64,000 nucleotides of DNA from Mobula hypostoma (Eukaryota): NCBI RefSeq assembly GCF_963921235.1, contig NC_086109.1, positions 23,686,001 to 23,750,000 on the forward strand, given 5' to 3'. Position numbers and translations under genes: made by a program. The notes under the pieces were generated by a model that searched no databases, was not told the DNA's origin, and saw only the letters and a list, made by a program, of their open reading frames with translations. This document shows positions 49,927 to 62,843 of this stretch, in pieces. Numbering within the stretch: the stretch's first letter is position 1; each line of letters begins with the position of its first letter.

Positions 49927-50457
49927 TATGTACTTCTCAATTTTCTCAGTGGATTTCAAACTACCCCAAAATGTCCTTATACTGATCTATATTATTGTAA
50001 TTCTCTTTCTCTAATTACACATTCCCTTCATTTGATATCATCTTATGATTTGCCTCATTCACTTCCAATAAAATAATGTGTTGTTCATTTTCCTCATAGT
50101 GTTCTAAACCTGAGACACAGTTTTTGTTTAACTGAATCCTATAAAGATGCAGGCTTTCAAACTCAAAATGCAGACCTTATAAATCCCAAAGAGAAGTAAA
50201 CCTGATACGCTATCTGATTGCATTTGGCATCTTTTGAATTTTACTGTGGTTGAATCTTCCTCATTGACATTTATAAGAGTAACCACAATTTCAACCTATG
50301 TGCTTCACTTCCGCTAACATTGATCATTATTAATTCCACAGATGTCCTGTCCCTTCACCCCTAGGTGTGCTCCAAACTTTCAACCTTGTCTCCCCGTGAT
50401 TTGTTGTCTGTAAATTGTTTCAGTCTGGTCACCAATATGATCAGCATTAATTATAAG

Positions 50458-50709
50458 GCAACACACACAAAATACTGGAGGAACTCAGCAGGTCAGGCAG
50501 TGTCTATGGAAAAGAGTAAACAATCGATGTTTTGGGCCGAGAAACATTTTCAGGACTGATGATCCTCCAGAGTCCTTATAAGGGGTCTTGGCCTGAAACA
50601 TCAACTGTTTACTCTTTCCCATTGATGCTGCCTGGCCTGCTGAGTTCCTCCAGCATTTTGTGTGTGTTGCTTTGGATGTCCAGCATCTGCAGATTTTATA
50701 GTGTTTGTC
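50458..50709. mobile_element. Palindromic pLTR mini-element with diverged TSD
   Basis: Arms ~50458-50557 and 50571-50670; degenerate hammerheads at the centre; flanks GCATTAATTATAAGGC (from 50444) and GCATAAATTACAAAGC (from 50710). Confidence 0.85.
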
Positions 50710-51369
50710 GCATAAATTACAAAGCTGTTGGTTATTTCAGAGCAGAATGGCCATAAACTTTTAGATCATTAATTCTAAGTTGAGCTTTGGCCTGCTCTGC
50801 CACCCAGAATCCATATAAAGTGTTAACAGAAAGTGGAGAGTTGTTCGAACTAACTGGTTAGACCGCACACGGAGCATTATACACTGATCTGGTCTTCATC
50901 ATACACTAAAGTGCAAAAGAGATTACGGGAACTAAGAAATCATAAAAAAAAAGAGAAAGAGAGCGGATGCCTGGATAGAGGTCTTTAAAAGTGTCAAGTG
51001 TTTTGTTTTGTGTCAATGTAGGGAAATTGTTCCTACTTACGGTGGAGATCAGGAGAGGGAGTATAAACTTAAACTAACCGCTGATAAATCAAGAAACAAT
51101 GCAGGAGAAAATGTTTTCATCTGCATCGTGATTAATTTCTTTGGTATGTTGGGGTTGAGGAGTGGTGATGGCAGGGAAGTGTTTAAGGGATGCATTATCA
51201 TTGCATGTACAGACATATTTTAGGAGAAATGGAACAGAATCATATGTTATTAGGGTTGGAAGAATTAAGTAGATTTGCACATGCTTGTGTGGAGCATAAA
51301 CTTTGGCAGGGGCCAGAAGCACAAATGGACCAGTTTCAAAGATATCTGCAGCTACAAGGGCGGGTGACT

Positions 51370-53265
51370 TCAGCTCCCATAATAGTAATTGGCACCTCCT
51401 TAGTGCAAAAGGTTTGGATGGGGGTGGAATGTGCTAAGTGTGTCCAGGACAGATTTCTGACAGAGTGTGTGGACAGGCCAACTAGAGAGGCCATACTGGA
51501 TCTAATATTAGGCAACAAACATGTTCGGATGGCAAATCTCTCAGTGGGTGAGAATTTTGGAGGTAGTGACCACTCTCCCTGATCTTTAGCATAGTCTTGG
51601 ACAGGAAAAAGAACAGACAGTATGGGAAAGCATTTAAGTGTGGAGGGCAAATTGTGATGCTATCAGATGGGAACATGGGAGCATAAATTGGGAATAGATA
51701 TTCTCAGGGAATTGTGCAATGGAAATCTGAAGGTAGCTGGGGCTTCCTTTGTACCTTTGAGGCAGGGAAAGGATGTTAGGGTGAAGGAACCATGGTTACC
51801 AAATGAAGTGGAACATTAATTCGGGAGGAAGAAAGAAGCATACTTAAGGTTTAGGAAGCTAATATCAGACAGGGCTATTGACAGTTACTAGGTAGCAAGG
51901 AAGGGGCATAAGAAGAGACTTAGGAGAGCTAGAGGGGGACACAAGAAGGCCTGGGTAAGTAGGATAAGGGAAAACCCCATGTTGTTCTACACGTACAGTA
52001 TGTGAAGGACAGGAGGATGACTAGAGTAAGTATTGGTCCAATAAGGGATGAAAGAGAAAACGTGTTTCTTAAGTCAGAAGAGGTAGGTGAGGTCTTTAAT
52101 GAATACTTTGGCTCAGTATTCACCAGTGACAGAGACCTTGAGGAATGTAAGTTCAGCAAAGAACAAGCTACTATGTTAGAACTTGTCAAGTTAAGAAAGA
52201 GGATGCGCTGAATGTTTGAAAAACACTAGTCGCTGGAGCCAGACAGGATGTACCCCAAATTATCATGGGAGCGAAGGAGGAGTTTGCTGCATGTTTGGTG
52301 ATGATCTTTGTGCCTTCTCTAGCCACAGGAGTAGTACCAGAAAATTGGAGGATTTGAAATGTTATTCCTTTGTTCAAGAAATTTAATAGGAATAATCCTG
52401 GGAATTATAGAGCAATGAGTCTTACATCAGTGGTGGACGTACTACTGGAGATGATTCTTAGTCACAGGATTTACGAGCATTTGGAGAAGCATAATCTGAT
52501 TAGGGAAGGTCAACGTGGCTTTGTGCAGGGCAGGTCATGCCTCACAAGACTGATTGACTTCTTTGAGGAAGTGACAAGCAAATTGATGAAGGAAGAGTGG
52601 TGGATATGGAGTGTATGGATTTTAACAAAGTGTTCAGCAAGTTTCTCCATGGTGGCTCACTCAGTAAGTCAGAAAGATTGGGATCCAGGAAACATGGCCA
52701 TGTGGATTTGGAATTAGCTTGTCCACAGAAGGCAGAGGGTGCTAGGAGATGGAGTGTATTCTGCCTGGTGGCCTGTGACTAGTCATGTTCTGCAAGATCT
52801 GTTCTGGGATGCCTGTTCTTTGTGACTTTTATAAATTACTTAGATAAGGAATTGGAAGGAGGGTTAGTAAGTTTGTAAATGACAGAAAGGTTGGTAACAT
52901 TATGGATGGTGTTGAAGGCTGTGGTAGGTTACAATGGGACATTGTTAGGATATAGAGCTAGAGGAGTGTGAAGTGATACACTTGGCAAGATTGTACTTGG
53001 AGACAGAGTACAAGGTTTTTGCCAGGATTCTTCACAGCGTGGAGGAACAGAGAGATCTTGGGGTCCATATCCATAGATCATTTAAATTTGCCAAATAAGT
53101 TGATAGGGTTGTTAAGAAGGCTTATGATGAGTTGGCCTTCATTAGTCAGGGATTGAGTTCAAATGCCATGAGGTAATGTTAAACTTTAGTTCAACCATTT
53201 CCCATTGCCTCAATATAGGAAGGCTGTGGAAGTTTGAAGAGGGTGCAGAGGAGATCTATCATGAT
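51370..53265 (+). mobile_element. CR1 ORF2 (APE to RT), degenerate
   Basis: VDRPTREAILDLILGN..GSDH; FKKFNRNNPGNYRAMSLTSVV; QRGFVQGRSCLTRLIDFFEEV. Confidence 0.92.
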
Positions 53266-53504
53266 GCTGCCTAATCTGTTGAGATTCTCCAGCGTTTGTG
53301 TGTCATGCTCATCACTAATATCATTATCATAAAATAGATCAGAATGGTTTGAAACAATTGTCAGTAACGTCAGATTATACTGCCCCCTAACTTTCTCTCT
53401 GACTGAACATTCAGGTGGGAAGTTCATGTCCAATTTCATGAGGTGTGTTTCTTGCTGGTGATGCTTTGTGTCAGAAGCATAAAGTCAGAGTCAGCATAAA
53501 AGAA

Positions 53505-53635
53505 AAAGAGAGGTCTTGGCCCGAATCATTGACTGTTTATTCATTTCCATAGATGCTGTCTGATCTGCCAAGCTCCTCCAGCATTTTGTATGTGTTTCTT
53601 TGAATTTCCAGTGTCTGCAGAATTTCTTAGGTTTA
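53505..53635 (+). repeat. Solo pLTR remnant
   Basis: GGTCTTGGCCCGAATCATTGACTG...ATAGATGCTG...CTCCTCCAGCATTTTG...TCTGCAGAAT. Confidence 0.7.
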
Positions 53636-53639
53636 TAAA

Positions 53640-55600
53640 AGGAAAAGAGATGGCAGTCAAAGGAGAGGGCATATAATATATTGTAGCAAAACATAGTGGG
53701 AAGTTAGAGGATTGGGGATCTTTTAAAAAACAACAGAAGACAAGTAAAAAGCCATAAAAAGAGAACAGATGAAATATGTAAGTGAGCCAATAACGTAAAA
53801 GACGATGAGAATTTTTTTTAGATGTATTGTATCAAGAGTAAAAGAGAGGCGAGAGTGGATATCAGATCTCTGGAAATTTATGCTGGAGAGGTGGTAATGT
53901 GGACAAAGAAATTACAGATGAACTTAATAAGTATTTTATGTCAGCCTTCACTGTGGAAGGCACTAGCAATATGCTGGAAAATCCTGAGTGTCCGGGGGCA
54001 GAAGTGATTGTAGTTGCTATTACTAAGGGGAAGGTGCTTGGGAAGCTGAAAGGTCTGAAGGTAAATAGGTCACCTCGACCAGATGAACTGCATCCCATGG
54101 TTCTGAAAGAGGTAGCTGGAGAGATTATGGAGGCACTAGTAATGATCTTTCAAGAATTACTGGATTCTGGAATTGTTCCAGAGGACTGGAAATTGCACTC
54201 CACTCTTTAAAAAGGGAGGCAGAAGAATGGAAATTATAGGCCAGTTAGCCTGACTTCAGTGGTTGAGAAGGTGTTGGAGTCCATTATTAAGGATGTGGTT
54301 TTGGGTACTTGGAGACACATGGTAAAATAGGCTGGTGAGTATGTTTTCCTTAAGGGGATATCTTGCCTGACGAATCTGTTGGAATTCTTTGAGGAGAAAA
54401 CAGGCAGGATAGACAAAGGAGAGGCAGTGGATGTTGTTTTCTTGGATTTACAGAAGGACTTTGACAAGGTGCCACACATGAGGCTGTTTAACAAGATAAG
54501 AGCCCATGATATTACAGGAAAGATATTAGTATGGATAGAAGCTTAGCTGACTGACAGGAGCAAAGAGTGGGAATAAAGGGGGCCTCTTCTGGTTGGTTGC
54601 TGGTGACTGGTGGTGTTTCACAGGGGTTGGCATTAGGACTGCTTTTTTTCGCATTATATGCAACGATTTGGGATGATGGAATTCATGACTTTGTGGCCAA
54701 GTTTGCAGATGACATGAAGACAAGTGGAGGGGCAGGTTGTATTAAGGGAGTAGAGAGTCTAAAGAAGAGCTTAGATTGGGAGAATGGACAAAGAAGTGGC
54801 AGATGAAATATAGTGTATGGTCATGCACTTTGGTAGAAGGAATAAAGGGATATACTATTTTCTAAACAGGAGAAGTTTCAAAAATCAGAGGTGCAAAGGG
54901 ATTTTCAGGATTCCCGAAAGGTTAACTTGCAGGCTGAGTTGGTGGCAAGGAAGGGAAATGCAATGTTAGCATTTATTTCGGGAGGACAAGAATATGAAAA
55001 TAAAACTGAGGATTATAAGGCATTGGTCTGACTGCACTAGGATTATTGTGAGCAGCTTTGGGGGTGTTATCTAAGAAAGGCTGTGGTGGTATTGGAGAGG
55101 GTCCAGAGATGGCCTGTTTCCATGCTGTGATTGTTATATGGTTATATGTGCATGGGAATGATTCCAGGAATGAAAGAGTTAATGTACAATGAGTATTTGA
55201 TGGCTTTGAACCTGTACTTTCAGGAGTTCAGAAGAATATGTGGGGGGGGGGGAATCTCATTGAAATCTATTGAATATTGAAAGGCCTAAATAGAGTGGAT
55301 TTGGAGAGGATGTTTCCAATAGTGGGTGAGTCTAGGAGCGGTAGGATGTCCATTTAAAACAGAGATGAAGAGGAATTTCTTTACCCAGAGGATGGTGAAT
55401 CAGTGAAATTCATTGCCATGGATGGCTATGGACACCAAGTCATCGAGCATATTTAAAGCCAAGGCTTATAGGATCTTGATTAGTCAGGGTGTCAAAGGTA
55501 GGAAAGAGGGGTTGAGAGGGTTAAAAAAATCAGCCGTGATGGAATGGCAGAGAAGACTCGATGGGCCTAATCGTCTAAATCTGCTCTCATGTCTTATGGT
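53640..55600 (+). mobile_element. CR1 ORF2 (tether, RT, 3' end), degenerate
   Basis: LKVNRSPRPDELHPMVLKEVA; SCLTNLLEFFEE; FVAKFADDMK; CR1 3' UTR. Confidence 0.93.
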
Positions 55601-56454
55601 GTTAAGGTCTGAATTTTATGAAATTATGTCTGCAGTTTCCAACAGACGCTATTGGAGAAACAATCAGACTATTAGCACAGTATATTCCAGAAAACAAGGA
55701 CATGCTTGAATTTATGTTGTGACTTCTATGCCTTTGGGTTTGAGCAAATCTCTTTACAGTCAGCAGGTCACTGGAATTTTGACCACAAGCAAATTCTCAC
55801 CTTGGTCACTTGCCTTCTTGTGTGATATATGGCGGGGCACTACAGCTGCCACTAAGTTGACTTCTTTATTGGTAGGTCTATGACTGAGATAGACCTGCCA
55901 GCTCTGCTGTCTTCTTTCCCTCCCAAGCAATTAACAACCGTACAGTAATTTTACCTCTGGCCTCAAGACGAGGAAAAGAAGTGACAGCGAGCTTTCTCCT
56001 TCTGCACATTCTGAAGACATCAAAAATGCATAAGCAACAGGCTCATTCATTGTGTAAACATGCTCCCAAAGTGGGTGAGTCAAGGGCTCAAGATTTATGA
56101 TGTCTAGGATAGTTCATGGGACGATATGTGAAATTTGGAATGAAAATTGGGCAAAGTATGTTAGTGGATGCGGGGATGTGCCAAATCATGAACTCAGAAA
56201 TATTTTGAGCCTCTCAAGCCTGCTTTGTCATTGAATATCTGACCCTCAACTGCCATCTTTATTGTGATACGACTTATCATAGATTCGATTGTATTTCTTT
56301 ATATTTACTGTGAATGTCCACAAGAGAATGTTTCTCAGGGTAGTTTAGAGTGACGTATACTATTACATATACATTTATTTGATAATAAATTTACTTTGAA
56401 CTTTCCACCTCAATTTTATTTGCTGAACTTGGTTGTGTAATGTTTACTTATGTA

Positions 56455-57602
56455 ATGCAAACTTAAAGCACACGGTATTGGGGGTAAGGTATTGGTGTGG
56501 GTGGAGAATTGGTTAGCAGACAGGAAGCAAAGAGTGGGAATAAACGGGACCTTTTCAGAATGGCAGGCGGTGACTAGTGGGGTACCGCAAGGCTCAGTGC
56601 TGGGACCCCAGTTGTTTACAATATATATTAATGACTTGGATGAGGGAATTAAATGCAGCATCTCCAAGTTTGCAGATGACACGAAGCTGGGTGGCAGTGT
56701 TAGCAGTGAGGAGGATGCTAATAGGATGCAGGGTGACTTGGATAGGTTGGGTGAGTGGGCAAACTCATGGCAGGTGCAATTTAATGTGGATAAATGTGAA
56801 GTTATCCACTTTGGTGGCAAAAATAGGAAAACAGATTATTATCTGAATGGTGGCCGATTAGGAAAAGGGGAGGTGCAACGAGACCTGGGTGTCATTATAC
56901 ACCAGTCATTGAAAGTGGGCATGCAGGTACAGCAGGCGGTGAAAAAGGTGAATGGTATGCTGGCATTTATAGCGAGAGGATTCGAGTACAGGAGCAGGGA
57001 GGTACTACTGCAGTTGTACAAGGCCTTGGTGAGACCACACCTGGAGTATTGTGTGCAGTTTTGGTCCCCTAATCTGAGGAAAGACATCTTTGCCATAGAG
57101 GGAGTACAAAGAAGGTTCACCAGATTGATTCCTGGGATGGCAGGACTTTCATATGAAGAAAGACTGGACGAACTGGGCTTGTACTCGTTGGAATTTAGAA
57201 GATTGAGGGGGGATCTGATTGAAACGTATAAGATCCTAAAAGGATTGGACAGGCTAGATGCAGGAAGATTGTTCCCGATGTTGGGGAAGTCCAGAACGAG
57301 GGGTCACAGTTTAAGGATAGAGGGGAAGCCTTTTAGGACCGAGATTAGGAAAAACTTCTTCACACAGAGAGTGGTGAATCTGTGGAATTCTCTGCCACAG
57401 GAAACTGTTGAGGCCAGTTCATTGGCTATGTTTAAGAGGGAATTAGATATGGCCCTTGTGGCTACAGGGGTCAGGGGGTATGGAGGGAAGGCTGGGGCGG
57501 GGTTCTGAGTTGGATGATCAGCCATGATCATAATAAATGGCGGTGCAGGCTCGAAGGGCCGAATGGCCTACTCCTGCACCTATTTTCTATGTTTCTATGT
57601 TT
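56455..57602 (+). mobile_element. Young 5'-truncated CR1 with an uninterrupted ORF2 C-terminal frame (56492-57508, 338 aa)
   Basis: VTSGVPQGSVLGPQLFTIYINDL, KFADDTKLGG, LYKALVRPHLEYCVQFWSP, FFTQRVVNLWNSLP with no stops; (TTTCTATG)n tail. Confidence 0.97.
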
Positions 57603-58027
57603 AAAACTGACTAACAAAATTAATCTCAGATTTGAGAAATGCAAATGAAGGACTTCACATCAAAATCAAATCTTTTCCTATCTGCCCTACCTCCTTGGAT
57701 CATCAAATCCCATTAACATTTAAGGATATTGATTAATTATCAATGATTCAAGAGTCCTAAGATTTAACCCTTATATTAGACTTCAGGAAGATTAGGTATA
57801 ATGGTGCCTTCTTACCAGGGAAAGTAACTTTGTCAAAGACAAAGTCAAGTTTATTGCCAATTGCACAGGAACGGGTATGCAGTGAAAAAGTTACTCGCTG
57901 CAGCATCACAGGCACCTACGCCAGAGGGTTCCACCCGCCACCCTTCAGATACCTCAGATTGATGCTGGGACATAGGCTATTGAATGCTTCTTGGATTTAT
58001 AAGGCACTTACAAATTCCTGAAATTCT

Positions 58028-58269
58028 GGGTGGCACGGTAGCGCAGCTGTTAGCGTAACACTTAACAGTGCCAGCAACCCGGGTTCGGTTCCCTCTGCTG
58101 TCTGTACGTCCTCCTTGTGACTCCATTCTCTTCCGGATGCTCCAATTTCCTCCCACATCCCAAAGACGTATGGTTGCAAGATTAATTGGTCACACGGGTG
58201 CAATTGGGTGCTGTGGGCTGTTGGTCTGGAATCGCCTGTAACTGTGCTATATCTCTAAATAAATAAAAA
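58028..58269 (+). repeat. tRNA-derived V-SINE, full length
   Basis: TGGCACGGTAG (box A), GGTTCGGTTCC (box B), V core TTTCCTCCCACATCCCAAAGAC, (TAAA)n tail. Confidence 0.82.
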
Positions 58270-59457
58270 CTTAATTTGAAAAATAATTTATACCCAATAG
58301 ACTAATGTATGTAAAGAGCAAAATTTGTAAACCAAGAGCAGTAACTAAATCCTTACCCTAATCTTACAGAACCATGTTTAATTCTCACCCTGCTTGAATA
58401 TCACTACTCCAAAATAAATTCAGGAGTTACACAGGCAATAAATTCTCATCTCACTTGGACTGTTGCCCCATTAGGAATTTGGCAGTCTTATTACACCAGT
58501 CTTTATTAATAATCTAGTTGGATTTGTAAGTTAACTACAGCTTTCCATTGGCACGAGAATTCAGTCTAAAATTCTAACTTATTCAAAAATGAATTCTCCA
58601 ATAGATGATCAAATATGTTGAACTTTATTTGCCTTAGCTCTGAATTTGTGTCCAGTAGCTGACATTCTTTATTTAAACTGCCTTTACTCTTAACTCTCTG
58701 TAACCCCACAGCCTTATCTTGGCTGATCTTTTTACAGTAGTACTGTCAATTTGGTAGTGCTGCAGCATTTGTGATACTGTGCTGCTGGTCCTGCTGCACC
58801 ATGCATTGCTGGTGATGTTGTATTGCTGACACTGCTGCATTTCTGTGACATCGCAGTGTTTGTGCAGGGGTGCTTTGTTGATGGCAATGCATTGCCTGAA
58901 GAGTTGCCATAATGGTGACGGTGCACCTCTATTCTGGTACTGCTGCGGTGTTTGAGATGCATCAATCTTGGTCTGTTGCAGATTGATGTGTTTGACTTAT
59001 TACGCAGGTGTTGATGTCCCTGAAGTGTTGGTTGCTTCAGTTTGTCAGAGCTGATAGTGCTCCTTTCTGATATAAAACTAAGGCCCTTCTCATTGACAAA
59101 TGACGGGACCAAACGATGGTAAAGCACTATCTGATCTCCGGGGCAAAATTTATTCCTTGACTACCACGACCATTACTTGTTTACCTGGACATTTCCCTCA
59201 TCTGCTTATTGTGGGAATTTACGGTGTGACATAACTGTGACCATTGAAATATAATCCTTTAAGGCTTGATGGAAGTGAGACTGTAGACCATGACTGTCAG
59301 CATTTTCTTCAAGTAACAGGATTTTTCAGCCTATGTTTGATAAAGCTTATTGTCACATGTCTCTTTATTTGACATCTTTCCCTTTCATTGCAACATGTAT
59401 CTTCACAAAGCTCAAGGTTGTTGCTATACAATGAACAAAATGCAAGATTTTTTTTTA

Positions 59458-60113
59458 CACACAGTGGCCACTTTATTAGGTACACCAATGCAAATATCTA
59501 ATCAGTCAATCACGTGGCAGCAACTCAATACATAAAAGCATGCAGACATGGCAAGAGGTTCTGCTGTTCTTCAGACCAAACATCAGAATGCGGAGGAACG
59601 GTGGTCTAAGTGATTTTAACTATAGAATGATTGTTGGTGCCAGATGGATGGTTTGAGTATCGCAGAAGCCGTTGATCACCTGGTAATTTCACTCACAACA
59701 GTCTCCAGAGTTTACTGAGAATAGTGAGAAAAACTTAGAAAATACATCCAGTGAGCGGCTATTCTGTGGGAGAAATCGTCTTGTTAATGGGAGAGGTCAG
59801 ATGAGAATGGTCAGACAGGTTCAAGCTGACAGCAAATCAATTAACCACGTGTTACAAAAGTAGTTAGCAGAGGTGCATCTCTGAACCTTGAAGTGGATGG
59901 GCTACAGCAGCAGACGACTGAAAAGAAGCTTAGAAAAGTAGAGGGCTATGAGTAACCCTAGTCATTTCTAAGGTAGGGATGTGTTCAGCACAACTTTGTG
60001 GGCCAAAGGTCCTGTACTGCGCTTAGACTTTCTATGTTTGTAAGACCAGGAACATACCCTCAGTGGCCAGTTTATTAGATACAGGAGGTAACTAATATAG
60101 TGATCACTGAATG
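59458..60113 (+). mobile_element. Tc1/mariner internal-deletion derivative, containing a CR1 tail at ~59925-60040
   Basis: TA-flanked TIRs CACACAGTGGCCACTTTATTAGGTAC ... GTAACTAATATAGTGATCACTGAATG; an extra TIR copy at ~60056-60082; degenerate HTH (LSDF..MIVGAR..GLSIAEAVDHL..SLTTVSRVY). Confidence 0.85.
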
Positions 60114-60255
60114 TACTGAATATTCCACGCTTTGGTGCTTTATTTATGGTTTCTGAGTAATATTCTTCACATTGTGTAATGGCCCTTCATCACTAAAACA
60201 ATCTTGATGGGGTGTGTCTTCTGGCCTGTGTTTGTTTTAAAAGGTAGAGTTAGGC

Positions 60256-60288
60256 GTGTGTGTGCGTGTGTGTGTGTGTGTGTGTGTG
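60256..60288. repeat. (TG)n microsatellite
   Basis: ~16 TG units with one interruption. Confidence 0.95.
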
Positions 60289-60709
60289 CAATAAGACACA
60301 CTGTGCTGGAATATGTGTCCCACATGGCTTGGTCAATCTGCCAAAGCGCCTGTTTCAGATTAGATTTTAAAATGAGTTACCACGACTTCTGGCAATTTTA
60401 CAAAGAGTTGGATCTCACATTTTTTTTTCATTTCTTTTTATAAACAGGCATAGCTTTATTTTTTTCATGAACAAGATACAATCTTTCTGAAGATTCAATG
60501 GCAATCTGTAATAGCAAACTGATCCGCTGTGTGTTTTCATATTTCCATTTTGAAATTGGAAAAAGTACCTCAGAGAATTCATAAAAAACCAAGAATTTGA
60601 GTGTTTAAAGTTTGTTTCACTATCTAAGTTACTATTTGATTTGAATTCCTGATAAAACGGTAGCTGGTGAAGAGAGGTCTGTTGAACTCTAGCCTTCATT
60701 GTGATATTT

Positions 60710-61115
60710 ATTTACTCACTTACTGCCTGTTACGTCACTAACATTTAGGGCTGCAATGAAGGTCCTCCATCTCTGTGTGTCCTTGGCCAACTTCTTTGTT
60801 GTGCCCCAGATGTGGTTCAGGGTCCTCATTTCTGCCGCTATGGTATGATGCCAAATTGTCTTTGGCCTCCTGCGCCTCCTCTGCTCTTCAAGGTTCCAAT
60901 GAAGTGTTGTCTTGATAATGGAGTTCACCTCTCTTCTCATCATGTGCCCAATCCATCTCCAGTGTTTCCTCATGATGGTGGCGACCATGTCCTCTTAATG
61001 ATGCTGAAGGAGTAGAATACAGTTACAGATCTTTCTTGGCCAGAAAATGCGGGGCATCTTCCAGAGGCTCATGGTGTGGAGTGATGACAGTTTGGCAAGG
61101 TCGCTCTCTGTGTTG
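60710..61115 (-). mobile_element. RTE-clade LINE 3' fragment
   Basis: IMRKHWRWIGHMMRR...LHWNLEEQRRRRRPKTIW...LAKDTQRWRTFIAAL; (AGTA)n-like tail. Confidence 0.88.
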
Positions 61116-62843
61116 CACCATGACCCATACAAGAGTCAGATTGCGGGCGCATGACAGAGAGCGACCTTGCGAATTTTACATAGACCAAATAACTATTGTA
61201 TGTTTGTCTTACCTCTAGTAATAATGAATCAGCGAATCTTCATCAGCCTTTCAAACATTCTCCTCCATTCAAATGGATTTGGCTGATATGGTTCTAACCT
61301 CCTATGCAAACTTGCCTTTATGTTCTCTGCATTATTGCAGTAAGACTTGCAAAAACTTGTTCATCAATAGCCGACATTTTTATGCTCTTGTCCTCATTGC
61401 ACTTAAGTTTAATATCTAAAGCTCCCTGAGAAACTGAAAACAATCTTCACACTCTTTGTGCTTTCCTATTACCTCCTTAACCTCAGTAAAATATAGCTGC
61501 TAATTGTTCATTGAGGTTATCCGGAGAGCAGACTGATGAACAAGATGGGTAATGTGTTACAGACGGGATCTTCCTCCTAAAGTGTTGAGTTAGCATTATA
61601 ATCTTTCTCTTGTGGAAATTTCCTCGACTATGGGACAACATACTCAGCTGAAAAGTGGAGGCAAGGGAACTGCTGAGAAGTGGCTGAAGTAATTAATGCA
61701 TAAGGCAAGAATTTGGAAATGTTAGGGTGGAAATTCACCATCTGCTGCAAATGATGTAAATGCTGGGTACTGATTTTCCCTAAATCAAATGGCATTTTGG
61801 GAATACTTTCAATAAAAGGACTGCAGTGATTAAAGATGCCATCTGAAGGACGATTATGTATTGCCTTTCAACGCTGCCCTTGCATTGACAACCAGATCAT
61901 GGCACTTAATTTAAAATATTATACAACTGCACTTTTAAACTTCAGTGAATGGAACAGAATTTCAGAAGCAGAACTCAATGTGTGTGTGTTGCATGTTTAT
62001 TACATACAGTCAACTCCCCCTCTCCTGAAGGTGGCAATCTTGCTGAACATCTAGATCCATAAATGCTTGCAGTCCTCTGGCAGCTGGTTCAAGTATTCAT
62101 TGTTTTCATTAGTCTGAGTAACAAAAAGCTTTGGGTTCCTAACCTCAGATATTTGCACCAGAAAAGCAAAGGAGTAAATTATCTCCAATTTAGCAGATGT
62201 TCCAATGAATTGAGGGGTGATTTAATCACATTTCATACGTTAAATGGATTCAATGGGGTCAATGGAGAAAAAAAGTATTTGTTGGAAGGGGAATGCAAAG
62301 GAAGAGTAAAATTATGAAGAAATTATTTGCTCAGGCACTAGAAGAAAATGTAAAAGTGCTGCAAGTCTGTAGATCCTGAAGTGGGATTGAAACCTTTAGG
62401 AGTGAGATCAGTAGATTTTTGGTGGTATGGTTATCTGGGACATGAGGCAAAACTGGAAAATGAAAGGAAGGTATAACTTAATCACAGTCTAGTTGAATGA
62501 TGGTACTGAGGCCTGAATAACTTACTCTTGTTATTCAGGATGGTACTTATTTTTACTCATAAAACACTGTGTTTTAAAATGGATTTTCCAATATCAGTTC
62601 TACCCTACAGATTTTGGTTTATATTTTGAACACTTTTCGTCACCTGAAAAATTGGGGGTAGGGTTGGCTTCGGAGATGCATTCAGTCCCAGGCCAAAGTC
62701 AATATTCCAGGAAACTCGTCTCCAGCACCAATCAGTCCATGCAATGGAATTTCTGATCTAGTTCTCACCCAAGAGCACAGACTGGAGTGCGCAGGAGAAA
62801 GAGAGGAGATCTTATAGAGGTATACAAAATTATGAGGGGTATA

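Noticed and set aside
58028..58105. tRNA gene
   Set aside because: A/B boxes continue into a V-SINE core and (TAAA)n tail; no convincing cloverleaf.
58732..59127. 131-aa minus-strand ORF in TGC/CAG-rich sequence
   Set aside because: No recognisable domain or convincing splice sites; its start overlaps a probable DeuSINE remnant, and low complexity explains the open frame.
61213..61433. Minus-strand exon (ttttcag ... gtaaga)
   Set aside because: All three frames contain stop codons between acceptor and donor.
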